DNA from: Thermoplasmatota archaeon
GTDB taxonomy: Archaea > Thermoplasmatota > Penumbrarchaeia > Penumbrarchaeales > Penumbrarchaeaceae
Reading direction: 5' to 3'
DNA length: 42,757 nucleotides
Assembly: GCA_965234725.1 (NCBI GenBank)
Contig: CBDDUX010000077.1
Location: 1-42,757 of the forward strand
Shown: positions 1-11,213 of the stretch, piece after piece
How the letters are laid out: each line of letters opens with the position of its first letter
Numbering within the stretch: the stretch's first letter is position 1
Notes under the pieces: model-generated
Databases searched by the model: none
The model's input: the letters and a program-made list of their open reading frames with translations, nothing else
Told to the model about the DNA's origin: nothing
Translations under genes and position numbers: made by a program

Positions 1-91
1 TCGGTGGGCCAGTGTACCTTACATCGATTCAAAAAGTTAGTGAAGTACTGAATTTGGGTGTGCCAAAAATATTCCATTATTTACTTTTAAT

Positions 92-1705
92 TCAGTCAAA
101 CCTCACTCTGTATACTATCCCATCATCCAGGACCTTTACTGCCTCCAATTTATAAAGTTCTTTCAGGTCATCATCTGAATAAACATAGTCATGAGGAATA
201 TCAAACCAGATAAGTATTACATACTCCCTGAGTTCAAGGGTTCTATTGAAATCTGGTAGATCATCTGGTGAGACATCTGTTGCCTGGTAGGTCTCTCTAG
301 GTCCAAGATGGACCTTCCCTTCGAGGTCCGTTCCAAAAAAGAAATTGGGATGGTTACTGTAGAGTTTCCCTTCGGGTCTGTTATTAATTACAAAATGGGA
401 AGTATCAGAATTCTGAATATCAAGATCAGCTAAACCGCCTGGAGAATTCTCCATATCTAATAATATTGTATATCCAACTGAAATGATCATTATCACTGAA
501 GTTAAACTGAGTAATATCAACATTGGATTCCTGAACTTTAACAATTTTTTATATTGACTCTTCATTGAAACGATTTTTAAATTATTATTATTATTATTAC
601 CTGGTATTATCGAAATAAATGAAAGGATTACCATCATCAAAGGAAAATACACTGGAGAAAGGAACCTTCCAGAAAGGGAATCAAATCCAACAATATTTGC
701 TGAGATATAGATGTAGATCAAATATATAGAGGAAAAAAGAATAGAGGAGATCGTGTAAGAATATATCACGGACTTCTTTCCCGCCATCTTCAATATAAGA
801 ATCGAAATAATTATTATTGATACAATTATGGGTATGGATGCAATTAAAAGTATAAAACCCAATCCAATATCTGGTATGAATTGATTGGAAAAAGATCTAA
901 GAATAGTGGATGTAATCTCTAGAAAAGACCTATTTGTTGGATATCGTTCACCAACCAACGTCCCAGTAAGCCAATAATTCCTTAGGACAAAGAAACCGGT
1001 AGGGATCGAAGGTAAAACCGCAAAGAGGCTTGAATCGATAATCTTTCTTCTTATTGGTTTTACTCCAATTAAAATAAGAATCCAACCTGTAAAAACAATG
1101 GTTATTCCAACATATCTCATCAAGCAAGCAAACATTACTGCAATAATTGCAATGGCAAGGTTAGTCCTTCCTGAAACCGGATCAGCAAGATATCTACTTA
1201 AAGTGATAATGAATATTATTGTGAAGAAAATAAATATCAACTCTGACCAAGCCATAGAAGCAACCGTAAATATTGGTCTGGACCCCAGTAGCAGTAAACT
1301 ACCAATTACTAAAACCCAGCCCTTATTTCCAATTGTTCTGAACCAGTGAACCATGATTCCTACAAGTGTACCATATGTAACAACATTTATAAGTCTGGCA
1401 AATTGAAGTGCATCCGTTCCAAATAAATTTGACAGGGATAAAATCATCGAATAAAGTGGGGCATATAATACATAGGGATCTCCATTGTGATAAAAAAAAC
1501 CAACTCCATTCCATATGTTTCTGGATACTTCAATATAATAAACAGAATCATTTGTATATCCCAATCCATATCGACTTGTTGATATCAATAAGGACAGAGC
1601 TGAAATTGCGCCGATCAGAACCTCCAGAATAAATGGATATTTCGATGAAGTATCCTTTATGAAGGTGATTATATTCGATCTTCGATCATTTTCTTTGGTG
1701 GACAA
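92..1705 (-). CDS. Polytopic membrane glycosyltransferase, GT-C fold (ArnT/PMT/GT39-like)
   Basis: About 11-13 hydrophobic helices. N-terminal loop 'TNDSVYY', 'YAPLYS', 'WSELIF' and 'MRYVG' motifs are typical of GT-C enzymes. TTG start. Markedly AT-rich versus the rest of the window. Confidence 0.7.
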   Translation of the reverse strand: MSTKENDRRSNIITFIKDTSSKYPFILEVLIGAISALSLLISTSRYGLGYTNDSVYYIEVSRNIWNGVGFFYHNGDPYVLYAPLYSMILSLSNLFGTDALQFARLINVVTYGTLVGIMVHWFRTIGNKGWVLVIGSLLLLGSRPIFTVASMAWSELIFIFFTIIFIITLSRYLADPVSGRTNLAIAIIAVMFACLMRYVGITIVFTGWILILIGVKPIRRKIIDSSLFAVLPSIPTGFFVLRNYWLTGTLVGERYPTNRSFLEITSTILRSFSNQFIPDIGLGFILLIASIPIIVSIIIISILILKMAGKKSVIYSYTISSILFSSIYLIYIYISANIVGFDSLSGRFLSPVYFPLMMVILSFISIIPGNNNNNNLKIVSMKSQYKKLLKFRNPMLILLSLTSVIMIISVGYTILLDMENSPGGLADLDIQNSDTSHFVINNRPEGKLYSNHPNFFFGTDLEGKVHLGPRETYQATDVSPDDLPDFNRTLELREYVILIWFDIPHDYVYSDDDLKELYKLEAVKVLDDGIVYRVRFD

Positions 1706-1888
1706 GTTGTGTCACTTTCTATATATTGGAATATAATAATAAAAAACCTTTGAAATAAATATTTGAAAAAAGGAAAGGTCCATCATTATTCTGCAAGAAA
1801 AACACCAAATGCAATATATCATGGACAATCAAAGAAATCATTAATTTTAAGAATACTGAAAAATAAAGAAGAAAAATGCCCAGGAACC

Positions 1889-2200
1889 TTAATTCCTGAG
1901 CACTATCTCAATATTCACATCATCTGGGACCTTGATCCTCATAAGGGACCTTAGGGCCCTATCGTCTGCATCAAGGTAAATGAGCCTTTTATGCACCCTC
2001 ATCTCCCAGCGATCCCAGGTCTCGGAACCCTCTCCATCCGGAGATTTCCTGCAAGGTACTACGAGCCTCTTGGTTGGAAGGGGAATTGGTCCGGAGAGGT
2101 TAACACCTGTCCTCTCAGATATCTGCTTGATCTGTCCGCATACACTGTCAATGGACTTTGCGTCTGTCCCTGTCAGAGATATCCTTGCTTTTGCAACCAA
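1889..2200 (-). CDS. rpsJ: 30S ribosomal protein uS10
   Basis: '[39 protein letters not shown]' is the archaeal S10 signature. The start is placed at TTG 2200 because GGAGG (2212-2208) lies 7 nt upstream. The ORF track starts at 2206. Confidence 0.97.
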   Translation of the reverse strand: MVAKARISLTGTDAKSIDSVCGQIKQISERTGVNLSGPIPLPTKRLVVPCRKSPDGEGSETWDRWEMRVHKRLIYLDADDRALRSLMRIKVPDDVNIEIVLRN

Positions 2201-2218
2201 TCCCAATCCTCCAGAATA

Positions 2219-3490
2219 TCATATCTTCTTCTCGATGTCAAGACACATCCCGGCAGCCACGGTGGTTCCCATATCCCTTATTGCGAACCTACCAAGCTGT
2301 GGGAACTCCTTGGCCTTCTCGATACAAAGGGGCCTTGTCGGCCTGACCTTAACGATTGCGATGTCGCCGGTCTTGATGAAATCGGGATTCTCCTCCTTCA
2401 CTAGACCTGTCTTGGGATCTAGCTTCTTGAGGATCTCCTCGAAGGTGCAGGCTACCTGAGCTGTATGGAGATGGAACACAGGAGTGTATCCGACAGCAAT
2501 AACAGAAGGATGCTGTAAAACAGCGATCTGTGCGGTGAAAGTCTGTGCCACGGAAGGAATACTGTCAGTGGGACCGCATACATCTCCCCTCCTGATATCA
2601 TTCTTTCCAACACCTCTGACGTTGAAACCCACATTGTCCCCGGGTTCTGCTGTTGGCATTGTCTCATGGTGCATCTCGATGGACTTGATCTCACCCTTGG
2701 ACCCTGATGGTTGGAAGACCACGTTTGCCCCTACTTTTAAGATCCCGGTCTCGATCCTGCCCACTGGGACAGTTCCGATGCCGGTAATTGTATAGACATC
2801 CTGGATGGGAAGCCTTAATGGGAGGTCAGTTGGTTTCTGTGGTATGGTGAGATTGTCAAGGCACTGGAGGAGGGTTGGTCCCTTCCACCAGCCGAGATTT
2901 GAGGATGGCTTAACGACATTGTCTCCCTTGAAGGCTGAGGTGGGGACATACTGGACATCCTTGTATCCGACCATTCTTAGGAGTTTGCCAACCTCTTCCT
3001 TCACCAGATTGAACCTCTCCTCGGACCATTCCGGTTTGGTAGCGTCCATCTTGTTGATATTGATGATCAGCTGGTTTACACCGAGGGTCTTGGCAAGGAA
3101 CACATGCTCCTTCGTCTGGGCCATGACACCTTCCGGTGCTGCCACCACGAGGACCGCTGCATCTGCCTGAGAGGTTCCAGTGATCATGTTCTTCACGAAG
3201 TCCCTGTGCCCAGGAGCGTCGATGATGGTAAAGTAATACTTATCGGAGGTGAATTTCTTGTGAGCGACATCAATGGTCACACCACGTTCCCTTTCCTCCT
3301 TGAGTCCATCCATGACCCAGGCGAACTCGAAGCTTCCTTTACCCTTCGACTCGGCCTCCTTCCTGTATTTATCAATCACATGCTGCTCGATGTGTCCTGT
3401 ATCCAGCAGAATGCGTCCTACGGAGGTGGACTTTCCAGCGTCCACGTGACCTATGAACACCAGGTTCATATGGGGTTTCTCACTTGCCAT
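2219..3490 (-). CDS. tuf: Translation elongation factor aEF-1alpha
   Basis: [36 protein letters not shown] and C-terminal GRFAIRDMG motifs. GGAGG RBS upstream. Confidence 0.99.
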   Translation of the reverse strand: MASEKPHMNLVFIGHVDAGKSTSVGRILLDTGHIEQHVIDKYRKEAESKGKGSFEFAWVMDGLKEERERGVTIDVAHKKFTSDKYYFTIIDAPGHRDFVKNMITGTSQADAAVLVVAAPEGVMAQTKEHVFLAKTLGVNQLIININKMDATKPEWSEERFNLVKEEVGKLLRMVGYKDVQYVPTSAFKGDNVVKPSSNLGWWKGPTLLQCLDNLTIPQKPTDLPLRLPIQDVYTITGIGTVPVGRIETGILKVGANVVFQPSGSKGEIKSIEMHHETMPTAEPGDNVGFNVRGVGKNDIRRGDVCGPTDSIPSVAQTFTAQIAVLQHPSVIAVGYTPVFHLHTAQVACTFEEILKKLDPKTGLVKEENPDFIKTGDIAIVKVRPTRPLCIEKAKEFPQLGRFAIRDMGTTVAAGMCLDIEKKI

Positions 3491-3560
3491 TTATTATTCC
3501 TCCTACTCGGGTTGTTCCCTTATTTACTACTTGTATTTAAAGCTTGATACCTGTCAGGAT

Positions 3561-5762
3561 TCAAGCAGCGTAATAATCAGCTGTTGGCGGTTCTGGTTTC
3601 AGACCCTTTCTTGTTCTGATCTCCCTTGTTACATTTTCGAGAAGCTCACGGGGAAGGATATCAAATCCTGCAAACTCCGCTGACCAGAGGGCCCTACCTT
3701 GTGTTGCTCCCCTGATCGCACCAGCAAATCCGAAAAGCTCTGCAACAGGTGCCTTGGCGATCACAGTCACCTGGTCACCTTCCATTGGCATATCTTCTAT
3801 AGTGGCCCTTCTGGAGTTTAGCTCCCTGCTTACACCACCCATCAGATCATTGGGAACGGAAACGTAGAGCTTCTGTTTAGGTTCAAGCAGAGTGGTTCCT
3901 GCTTCTACCATAGCCCCGTAAATTCCGGATCTTCCGGCCGGAATAACCTGACCGGGACCTCTATGAATGGTATCCTCATGGAGCTTTGCGTCCGTCAATC
4001 TCACCATTACACCCTCGCAGGGTTCCCATGTCCTTGGTCCCTTTCTCATTGCCTCCTTGAAGGCATCTATCAGGAGTTCCTTGGTCTCATGGAGATATTG
4101 GATACCCTTGGTGTTGTTAACGAAGATATTGGATCCTGAGATCCAGAAAACATGCTTCATATCATCCTTATCAAGACCATACTCCTCCAGCTGTTTTGCA
4201 AGGGCCTTGTTATCCTTGATCCTTTCATCTGAATGGATAGTACCTTCCTTGATGGCCGTGACCAGTTCAGGTGGTAGAGGTTCGACCTTGAAATAGAATC
4301 TGTTATGCTTGTTGGGAGATTTTCCCTCGAACTCTCTATCCGATGCTTTCAATATGGTTTCCCTGTAAACAACGATGGGTACTGATGTCTTGATCTCTAT
4401 CCCGTGCTCGTTATTGATCCTGTATTCGGTGATCTCCAGATGAAGTTCACCCATACCTGAAAGCAGATGCTCACCGGTCTCCTGATTTATCTCCACCTTA
4501 AGGGAAGGATCCGCCTTTGCCACCATTCTGAGAACCTCAACGAGCTTTGGAAGGTCCTTCATATGTTTTGCTTCGACCGCTACAGTGACAACAGGTTCTG
4601 ATACATGGACTATCTTTTCGAAGGGATCCATATCCTCATACCCGGAAACAGTTGCTCCGGCAATTGCAGCTTTAATACCTGATACATTGACAATATTACC
4701 TGCGATAGCCTTGTCCACACTAATCCTATCGGGACCTACAGCAACTGATACTTGCTGGGCTCTTCCCTTTCCAGGTATTCCCAGGACCACAAGTTCCTGA
4801 CCTCTTTCAATGCTTCCGGCAAATAATCTTCCAGATGCGATCTCACCTGCATGTGGATCGATCAGGATCTTTGTTACCATGAGTACCGGAGGACCCTTTG
4901 GTGAACAGGTTGCCATGGCCTTTCCGATCTCACTTTCCGGATCTCCATGCCAGATGTGTGGTATCCTGTACTTCTGAGCCTCCAAAGGATCAGGAAGATG
5001 GTGGATTATCATATCCAGAAGGACCTTGTGGAGAGGAGCTTTCTTTGCCAGGTCCTTTTGTCTACCAGTATTGCAGAAATCATAGATATCCTTGAATGTG
5101 ACGTTATTTGCCTTCATGTAGGGAACCGAGATTGCCCAATTATGGTAGGCTGAACCGAATATCACGGTTCCGTTCTCGGGGGTCACGAACCACTTTCCCT
5201 TGAATTCGTCGGGACACATCCTTGCGATCAGATCGTTCACTGATTTTATGATCTTGACGAATCTCTGCTGCATCTCTTCGGGAGTTACCTTGAGCTCATT
5301 GATCAATCTATCAACCTTATTGATGAAGAGGGTTGGTTTGACCTTCTCCTTGAGGGCCTGCCTGATGACGGTCTCCGTCTGCGGCATGGATCCTTCCACA
5401 GCACATGCAACGATAACACAACCATCCACGGCCCTCATGGCCCTGGTAACATCACCGCCAAAATCGACATGTCCAGGAGTGTCTATCAGATTGATAAGAT
5501 GGTTCTCACCCTGATATTTATGGACCATCGAGGCATTGGCTGCGTTTATGGTGATCCCCCTGGCCTGTTCCTGCTCATCAAAATCTAGCAGGAGCTGCTT
5601 TCCAGCAAGTTCCTCTGACATCATTCCAGCGCCTGCGATAAGATTGTCAGAAAGCGTGGTCTTGCCATGGTCTATATGTGCCGCAATACCTATGTTCCTG
5701 ATTAATTTCGGCTTATCCATCAACACTTGGGCCAGTTTGATATTATCTTCTCTTCTTCCCAT
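3561..5762 (-). CDS. fusA: Translation elongation factor aEF-2
   Basis: [22 protein letters not shown] and NKVD motifs. The diphthamide loop '[12 protein letters not shown]' is present. Confidence 0.99.
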   Translation of the reverse strand: MGRREDNIKLAQVLMDKPKLIRNIGIAAHIDHGKTTLSDNLIAGAGMMSEELAGKQLLLDFDEQEQARGITINAANASMVHKYQGENHLINLIDTPGHVDFGGDVTRAMRAVDGCVIVACAVEGSMPQTETVIRQALKEKVKPTLFINKVDRLINELKVTPEEMQQRFVKIIKSVNDLIARMCPDEFKGKWFVTPENGTVIFGSAYHNWAISVPYMKANNVTFKDIYDFCNTGRQKDLAKKAPLHKVLLDMIIHHLPDPLEAQKYRIPHIWHGDPESEIGKAMATCSPKGPPVLMVTKILIDPHAGEIASGRLFAGSIERGQELVVLGIPGKGRAQQVSVAVGPDRISVDKAIAGNIVNVSGIKAAIAGATVSGYEDMDPFEKIVHVSEPVVTVAVEAKHMKDLPKLVEVLRMVAKADPSLKVEINQETGEHLLSGMGELHLEITEYRINNEHGIEIKTSVPIVVYRETILKASDREFEGKSPNKHNRFYFKVEPLPPELVTAIKEGTIHSDERIKDNKALAKQLEEYGLDKDDMKHVFWISGSNIFVNNTKGIQYLHETKELLIDAFKEAMRKGPRTWEPCEGVMVRLTDAKLHEDTIHRGPGQVIPAGRSGIYGAMVEAGTTLLEPKQKLYVSVPNDLMGGVSRELNSRRATIEDMPMEGDQVTVIAKAPVAELFGFAGAIRGATQGRALWSAEFAGFDILPRELLENVTREIRTRKGLKPEPPTADYYAA

Positions 5763-5809
5763 AGTAACACACCTTTAAAGATCGTGATCCTAAGTAGATT
5801 CCTTTTCTA

Positions 5810-6928
5810 TCAATGGGCCGATTTGGCGACCCTTTCAACCTCATCCTTCTTGGAAACAGCATAGCTCTGAATGTCACCTTTTGATGCGGCTATCAACTCT
5901 CCGGCAAGGCAATCTGATATGGATTTCTTGTTCTTGTGAGAAGCCTTGACCGTACCTACGGAAATGTTACGCAGGGCAATGTCCAATCTCCTGGATGGTC
6001 CCGCGTCCACCGATTTAGGAACCGATATCCCGCCGAACTTGAGCCTTGTGACCTCTTCCCTTGGAGCAGAGTTCTCAATTGCCCTTACCAGTATTTGTAC
6101 CGGATTTTCTTTTGTCTTGTAGGAGATTATCTCGAAGGCATCCTTGACGACCCTGTAGCTCTTGGTCTTCTTCCCTGTGAATCTCTCTGTTCTCATCATG
6201 GAATTGACAAGCCTCTCCACAATGGATATCTTTGATTTGTTGAATGGTTTATTGGCATGCCGTGCAGAGGAATGGGGAACATAGGCAGGTTCGAGGTTAA
6301 TATGTGCTTTCAGGCTAGGATCCTCCACGATTACCTCCAAAGTGTTGTACAATCCGAAAATAAGTTCCTCAGTATTTGGAATGGCCTTTACTACCTCTTC
6401 CTCCTCAGGAGCTTCCAATTTCTCCTCATCTGCGTCCTTGATCTCTTCGGTAGGAGCTTCTGGTGTCTCCTCAGAGGATTTCGTGACCTCATCGACCGGA
6501 GCTTCCTTCTTCTCCTTCTTGGAAGGCTTCTTGATTTCTTCGGCTGGAGCCTCTTTCTTCTCCTTCTTGGAGGGTTTCTTGACATCCTCAGCAGGAGCTT
6601 CCTTCTTCTCCTTCTTGGAGGGTTTCTTGACCTCCTCAGCAGGAGCTTCCTTCTTCTCCTTCTTGGAGGGTTTCTTGACCTCCTCAGCAGGAGTTTCCTT
6701 CTTCCCCTTCTTGGAGGGTTTCTTGACCTCCTCAGCTGGAGTTTCCTTCTTGGAAGTCTTCCCCTTCTTGGGAGCTGTTTTCTTCTCTTTCACTGGAAGG
6801 TCCTTGCCTTCCTGATCCTCACTGACCGCGATTTTCTCCTTAGGTGTGTCTACCTTTTTGGTTGCTTCCTTCTTCGACACCTTCACATCTTCAGAGATCT
6901 CTTGCTGATTATTTTCCTCATCAACCAT
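5810..6928 (-). CDS. rpsG: 30S ribosomal protein uS7 with a long Lys/Glu/Pro-rich N-terminal extension
   Basis: The C-terminal ~185 aa is archaeal S7 (IVERLVN, NPVQILVRAIENSAPREE, YAVSKKDEVERVAKSAH). GGGTGA RBS precedes ATG 6928. It sits between rps12 and fusA. Confidence 0.95.
   Translation of the reverse strand: MVDEENNQQEISEDVKVSKKEATKKVDTPKEKIAVSEDQEGKDLPVKEKKTAPKKGKTSKKETPAEEVKKPSKKGKKETPAEEVKKPSKKEKKEAPAEEVKKPSKKEKKEAPAEDVKKPSKKEKKEAPAEEIKKPSKKEKKEAPVDEVTKSSEETPEAPTEEIKDADEEKLEAPEEEEVVKAIPNTEELIFGLYNTLEVIVEDPSLKAHINLEPAYVPHSSARHANKPFNKSKISIVERLVNSMMRTERFTGKKTKSYRVVKDAFEIISYKTKENPVQILVRAIENSAPREEVTRLKFGGISVPKSVDAGPSRRLDIALRNISVGTVKASHKNKKSISDCLAGELIAASKGDIQSYAVSKKDEVERVAKSAH
6498..6753 (-). 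repeat. Intragenic 48-bp tandem repeat, about 5 copies, encoding EAPAEEVKKPSKKEKK
   Basis: The + strand unit ggagcttccttcttctccttcttggagggtttcttgacctcctcagca repeats head-to-tail with few substitutions. Confidence 0.93.
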
Positions 6929-6947
6929 ATTCTCACCCCGCTACCCC

Positions 6948-7376
6948 TTAACGAACCGGTTTCTCCTTCCTTCCCCTTACCATTTCATCGAGGGAGACAT
7001 TATTGACCTTGATAACCTTATATCTGACACCAGGGATATCACCATATGATCTTCCCAGGCGACCTCCGATACCTTCCACCATTACTTCATCATGTTCATC
7101 AATGAAGTTGATGGCTCCATTCCCGGGAGCGAACGCTGTTATCTGTCTGCCGTTCTTGATGAGCTGGATCTTGACACATTTCCTGATGGCGGAGTTGGGC
7201 TGTTTTGCCTCCACACCAACCTTTTCCAGGACGATGCCCCTACCCTGGGCCGAACCCTGAAGGGGATCAGACTTCTCTCTGAGCTTAAGGACCCTCTTCT
7301 TGTAATACCGATCATTCCATCGGTTCTTCTGGGCATCCTTCCTCAGCTTTCTGGCTGTGAACAGACCTTTGGCCAT
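6948..7376 (-). CDS. rpsL: 30S ribosomal protein uS12
   Basis: '[23 protein letters not shown]' and '[10 protein letters not shown]' motifs. Confidence 0.99.
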   Translation of the reverse strand: MAKGLFTARKLRKDAQKNRWNDRYYKKRVLKLREKSDPLQGSAQGRGIVLEKVGVEAKQPNSAIRKCVKIQLIKNGRQITAFAPGNGAINFIDEHDEVMVEGIGGRLGRSYGDIPGVRYKVIKVNNVSLDEMVRGRKEKPVR

Positions 7377-7414
7377 TTACTAACACTCCTTATGGGAATA
7401 CTTGCCCGGGTTAC

Positions 7415-7433
7415 TTATACCTGGTATAAATAT
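7415..7433 (-). promoter_or_regulatory. Putative TATA box of the rps12 operon overlapping the palindrome TTATACC-T-GGTATAA
   Basis: Minus-strand TTTATA at 7430-7425, about 50 nt before the rps12 ATG. Perfect 7-bp inverted repeat at 7415-7421 / 7423-7429. Confidence 0.45.
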
Positions 7434-7468
7434 GTTTGGACCTGTACTATGTTCAAAAAGGTCGTTTC

Positions 7469-10400
7469 TCACAGCTTTTTCCTCATGAGGTATAGGAAGA
7501 GGGCCAACGAGAGCACCAAGGCCATACCAGCACCCCCCAACGGAACCCATGACCCATACCAGATCGGATCCTTGGGAGGATCCTCCCCAACTTCCAACAA
7601 CAAGGAGATCTCATTGTTCTCCACAGACCCTTCCAACCATTTCTCCTTTACATCGATTGTAACAGTGATCCGGTATACCATCTCAGGTCTGATCCTGACT
7701 GCTCTGAATTGGACCGATGTATTGGTCCCGGAAGAAAGGTCAGTAACATTGACCGTAAGCGTAGTCCTGTTCTTTGGTTCATCAAGTTCGAAGACATCCA
7801 ATGTAACAATGAATAAATTGGCAGAGCCATTACCATTGTTGGCTATCAATGCCTTGAACTGATAGGTACCTGGATCCATTGGGTCCTGGTCCGGTCCGAG
7901 TGTGGTCTCGCCTGCCAGGATCCCTTCGACAGAGATATCAACATACCTCACATCCACCAGGGTGGAAATCCTGTTCAGGAGGCCCTGCTCCTCAACATCA
8001 GGATAATTTGGACCATGGATCAAGATGGTTAGATTGTGAATGCCCGGAGTATCGAAAGTCCATGTCAATTGATGCTTGAAACCCACCCCTATCGTATGAG
8101 CAAAGTTCTCGATCTTTACCTCGACATCATCGAGGAGAAGTCCTATCTCGAATTCCTCACTCTGTGGCGCTCCAAAGGTGAGAGATGAGAACTCTATAAT
8201 GGTCTCCATTCCCATGATCACCTCCTCTTTAAGGATATCAAGGGACCCGTCGATAAGGAATGTTCCCTTTGAGATCGGAGTTGAGCCGATCAATAGTATC
8301 AGTTCCACAATATCGTCTTTGATCGGATCCTTTCCTGAAGATACAGCCTTGATCGTGATATTATATTGACCCCTCGGAAGTGGAAATTCCAAACTCACCT
8401 TGGCATTCAATATCTCGGAATCATCAGGACCTATACTGATCTCAGAAGGTAGGGCCACATCGATCCCATCGATAAAAGGGGTCGTTACCAGGTCGAAGGT
8501 AACAGTATCCAACCCATTCCCATTGTTGATCAGGAAGAGGGTATAGTTCAATTCCATCGTTCCGTTAATGGGGGGGTCCTTGACATCTCGGTAGGATGTC
8601 ATTGCTATAAGTTCCACCGAAAAGAACTGTTCAAATGAATAATTTAGTTCGTGAATAGACCAGAGAGGATCGATCTGCCCTTTCTCGATCAATTCAAGGA
8701 CCTCATGATCAGATGGTAATAATGAGATCGATGTGACAATGAAACCGACCTTGTTTCCGGAGAGGGTTCCGTTTGATATCCTGATCTCCCCATTGATCGT
8801 TACCTTTTCTCCGGGTCCAACCTGGACCTTCCCCCTTATAGGGGTCCATTCCAACTCGGATCTGGTCACAAATGTGTAATCCACCCTTTCTTGAATGTTC
8901 CCCGCATTCTCTATTGAGAGGTCCATCTTTACAGATTGTTCCGTCCCCAGCTTTCCAGAGATGGGACCCGAAATATCTGCAATAATATTGTGCCTGGGTT
9001 TGACATTGAATTCGAATTTCAGATCGCGGGCTATCCCTCCACCCATGGCTCTGACAAAGAACCAGGCTGGTCCAGACCCTTCATTTGCTGGTATCCTGAC
9101 AACCACATTGATGGTTATGGATACAGTTTCCTCCCCGCTTAGTGCAATATGGCCCGGTTCGATGGTTATGTCTCGATCAGGAGATATCTTTCCTGAGGCG
9201 TTGATGGTCTGGAACCTCACCGTGAACTGACCGGAGGTTCTCCTGGGAGTGATATTGAATGTCATTTCAAGGTTTGTGCCTGGATCAACGTTCTTCCCCT
9301 GGGGTTTGGGAATTCCCAGATCGAACGGTATCGCCTCTATCAGGTCCATTCCCATTAAAGAAAAATCATCTAGGACATAGCCTGATTCATTAAGACCGGA
9401 GACCTCCATATCAAACTTTATCCTGATCTTCTTTCCTTGGTATTCTCCCAGGTCCAAACCTACCATATAGCCAGTACCCACATAGAATGGTCTCTTTGAA
9501 TAATCCCATTTTCCAGAAGAGGTATTTCCCGATATCACCACGGGTTGGTCCTTTGTATCCAACAGGGGTTCCCATGTCGTGCCGTTATCCGTGGAGATAT
9601 AATGGGCCAGAGAACCATTTCCGGAGGGTCCTTTTTTCGTCAGGTCCCCTCTGTATCTGTAGAGGAGGAATATCTGTGGCCTTCTTTTGGATCTCTCAAT
9701 ATCATAAGGTTCCGGGTCAAACCGCGTAAGGTCCATTAAAGGACTGATCAGTGAATGGTTACCCTCCTTGGATGTGTTCCATGTGGATATGTTGCCAGCC
9801 CAGAAGCAATCCGGAGGAGAATGGTAGGGTTCCCCATCCTGGGAAAGTGGGTGCTTGACCGACCTCCAGCCCTCATCCGGTGAGGAACCTTCGTCCATGG
9901 ATCTCCATCCATCGAAACTCGAACCATCCCAGTATTCTGAAGCAACCCATACGCCGCTATAGAAATATGATCCTGGAATGGGTTCATATTTCAGACCCTG
10001 AAAGAACGGTGGGTCCGTAGACATTGGTCTGGCGTCACCGGGAACATGGGCAGATATATTGATCATATAGGATCCTGAAAAAGATGGCACCCAGTTGAAA
10101 TATACCATTTCCGAGTATTCATGATCCCCGGGTGGAACATCAACAAGTATGATATCCTTGAACATCACCTGGCCCCTATCTGGATAGAAACCATCATACC
10201 AGTAAATGGTGCAGGTAACCTCCACATCCACCAACGGGATATCGCCCCTGTTCTCCAGTCTCGTTGTGATGGTGGTTGTTCTGTTGACCCTTCCAACCAC
10301 GAATTCTGGCCAGCCCATGACACCATCGGACCTTACCTTGGTATTCTGGAGATCGAACTTCACCAATTCGGATAGTCGGGAGGGTTCTGCACCAGCTTCA

Positions 10401-10492
10401 TTCCCTGGACCAAGAGGAATTGAACTCAAGATCAATATTGAGAAAAGAATGGAAAGAGTGTATCGTTGAGCCGTTCCTCCGCTATATCCCAT
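7469..10492 (-). CDS. Large C-terminally anchored surface protein (beta-sandwich/CARDB/NEW3-like repeats)
   Basis: Signal-like hydrophobic N-terminus, repeated 'I.N.GN..D' motifs (IENAGNIQE, LINNGNGLD, IANNGNGSA), a CARDB-like 'EGSVENNEIS', and a C-terminal TM helix followed by RKKL. The start is moved from 10555 to ATG 10492, which avoids overlap with trmY and has TTAATA 24 nt upstream. Confidence 0.75.
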   Translation of the reverse strand: MGYSGGTAQRYTLSILFSILILSSIPLGPGNEAGAEPSRLSELVKFDLQNTKVRSDGVMGWPEFVVGRVNRTTTITTRLENRGDIPLVDVEVTCTIYWYDGFYPDRGQVMFKDIILVDVPPGDHEYSEMVYFNWVPSFSGSYMINISAHVPGDARPMSTDPPFFQGLKYEPIPGSYFYSGVWVASEYWDGSSFDGWRSMDEGSSPDEGWRSVKHPLSQDGEPYHSPPDCFWAGNISTWNTSKEGNHSLISPLMDLTRFDPEPYDIERSKRRPQIFLLYRYRGDLTKKGPSGNGSLAHYISTDNGTTWEPLLDTKDQPVVISGNTSSGKWDYSKRPFYVGTGYMVGLDLGEYQGKKIRIKFDMEVSGLNESGYVLDDFSLMGMDLIEAIPFDLGIPKPQGKNVDPGTNLEMTFNITPRRTSGQFTVRFQTINASGKISPDRDITIEPGHIALSGEETVSITINVVVRIPANEGSGPAWFFVRAMGGGIARDLKFEFNVKPRHNIIADISGPISGKLGTEQSVKMDLSIENAGNIQERVDYTFVTRSELEWTPIRGKVQVGPGEKVTINGEIRISNGTLSGNKVGFIVTSISLLPSDHEVLELIEKGQIDPLWSIHELNYSFEQFFSVELIAMTSYRDVKDPPINGTMELNYTLFLINNGNGLDTVTFDLVTTPFIDGIDVALPSEISIGPDDSEILNAKVSLEFPLPRGQYNITIKAVSSGKDPIKDDIVELILLIGSTPISKGTFLIDGSLDILKEEVIMGMETIIEFSSLTFGAPQSEEFEIGLLLDDVEVKIENFAHTIGVGFKHQLTWTFDTPGIHNLTILIHGPNYPDVEEQGLLNRISTLVDVRYVDISVEGILAGETTLGPDQDPMDPGTYQFKALIANNGNGSANLFIVTLDVFELDEPKNRTTLTVNVTDLSSGTNTSVQFRAVRIRPEMVYRITVTIDVKEKWLEGSVENNEISLLLEVGEDPPKDPIWYGSWVPLGGAGMALVLSLALFLYLMRKKL

Positions 10493-10532
10493 GGAGGTAA
10501 CTATCCGTTCAGGATTTATTAATATATTGGAC

Positions 10533-11213
10533 CTATGAACTACTAACCTCTCCAATGTCTAGAATATTGTTGACCAGGACGATGGTCTGGTATGTATGTA
10601 ATGGAAGAGGACCGACAGACAACTCAGTCGTAGCTTTTTTCCGAATTATCTTCAACTCATCATCCTCGAACTCCCTATCGTCGGATAGAATGAAATATTC
10701 CCTTTCCTGGTCCGACTTCCCTCCGAGGACCTCCCCTGCATCCAAGCCCCCCTCTTTCATAAGATAGATACTTCCATTTATCCTATCCAGTAATGATCCG
10801 AGCCTCCCTCGGGTGATATAGATACCAGGTGAGGTCTTCACGGTCCTATCCATCTCCTCTCCGATAGTTATCGACAGGTTCTTCTTCATAAGGGCAGAAC
10901 AGGCCCTCTCATCCGGGTTCAGATATTTCACGTTCAGACCTTCAATTGTAAGGACCTTAGGTGGGTCCCCGGGACCTAAAAGGAGTATATGAATGCAAGT
11001 ATCCCGTCTCATGTCATGGGAAAGGAACAATGATGCTGTAATGCTCCTTGCTATACCGTCCCATCTTCCGCTTGCCCCGCACAGGTCATTCAACTGGATG
11101 TTGCCATTGCTTACTGCTCTGTGGGCAATAACGATAAAATTCCTTTTGGATATGTTGAAGGGATCAAAGGTTTCGAAACCTTTGTGTATAGTGGGCATCA
11201 TCTGACCCGCCAT
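10533..11213 (-). CDS. trmY: tRNA (pseudouridine(54)-N1)-methyltransferase, SPOUT family
   Basis: 'LNDLCGASGRWD', 'FLSHDMRRD', 'LNPDER', 'SPGIY' and 'LSVGPLPLH' match TrmY. The exact start is uncertain. Confidence 0.88.
   Translation of the reverse strand: MAGQMMPTIHKGFETFDPFNISKRNFIVIAHRAVSNGNIQLNDLCGASGRWDGIARSITASLFLSHDMRRDTCIHILLLGPGDPPKVLTIEGLNVKYLNPDERACSALMKKNLSITIGEEMDRTVKTSPGIYITRGRLGSLLDRINGSIYLMKEGGLDAGEVLGGKSDQEREYFILSDDREFEDDELKIIRKKATTELSVGPLPLHTYQTIVLVNNILDIGEVSSS

Noticed and set aside
1..91. GC-rich first ~25 nt as a possible RNA gene end
   Set aside because: Too short and truncated by the window edge, with no recognisable tRNA, rRNA or SRP motif.
3940..3990. Possible loss of the diphthamide site in EF-2
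   Set aside because: The HRG motif with the target His is intact.
6498..6753. Regular repeats as a possible CRISPR array
   Set aside because: Contiguous 48-bp units with no unique spacers, in frame within rps7, and no cas genes.
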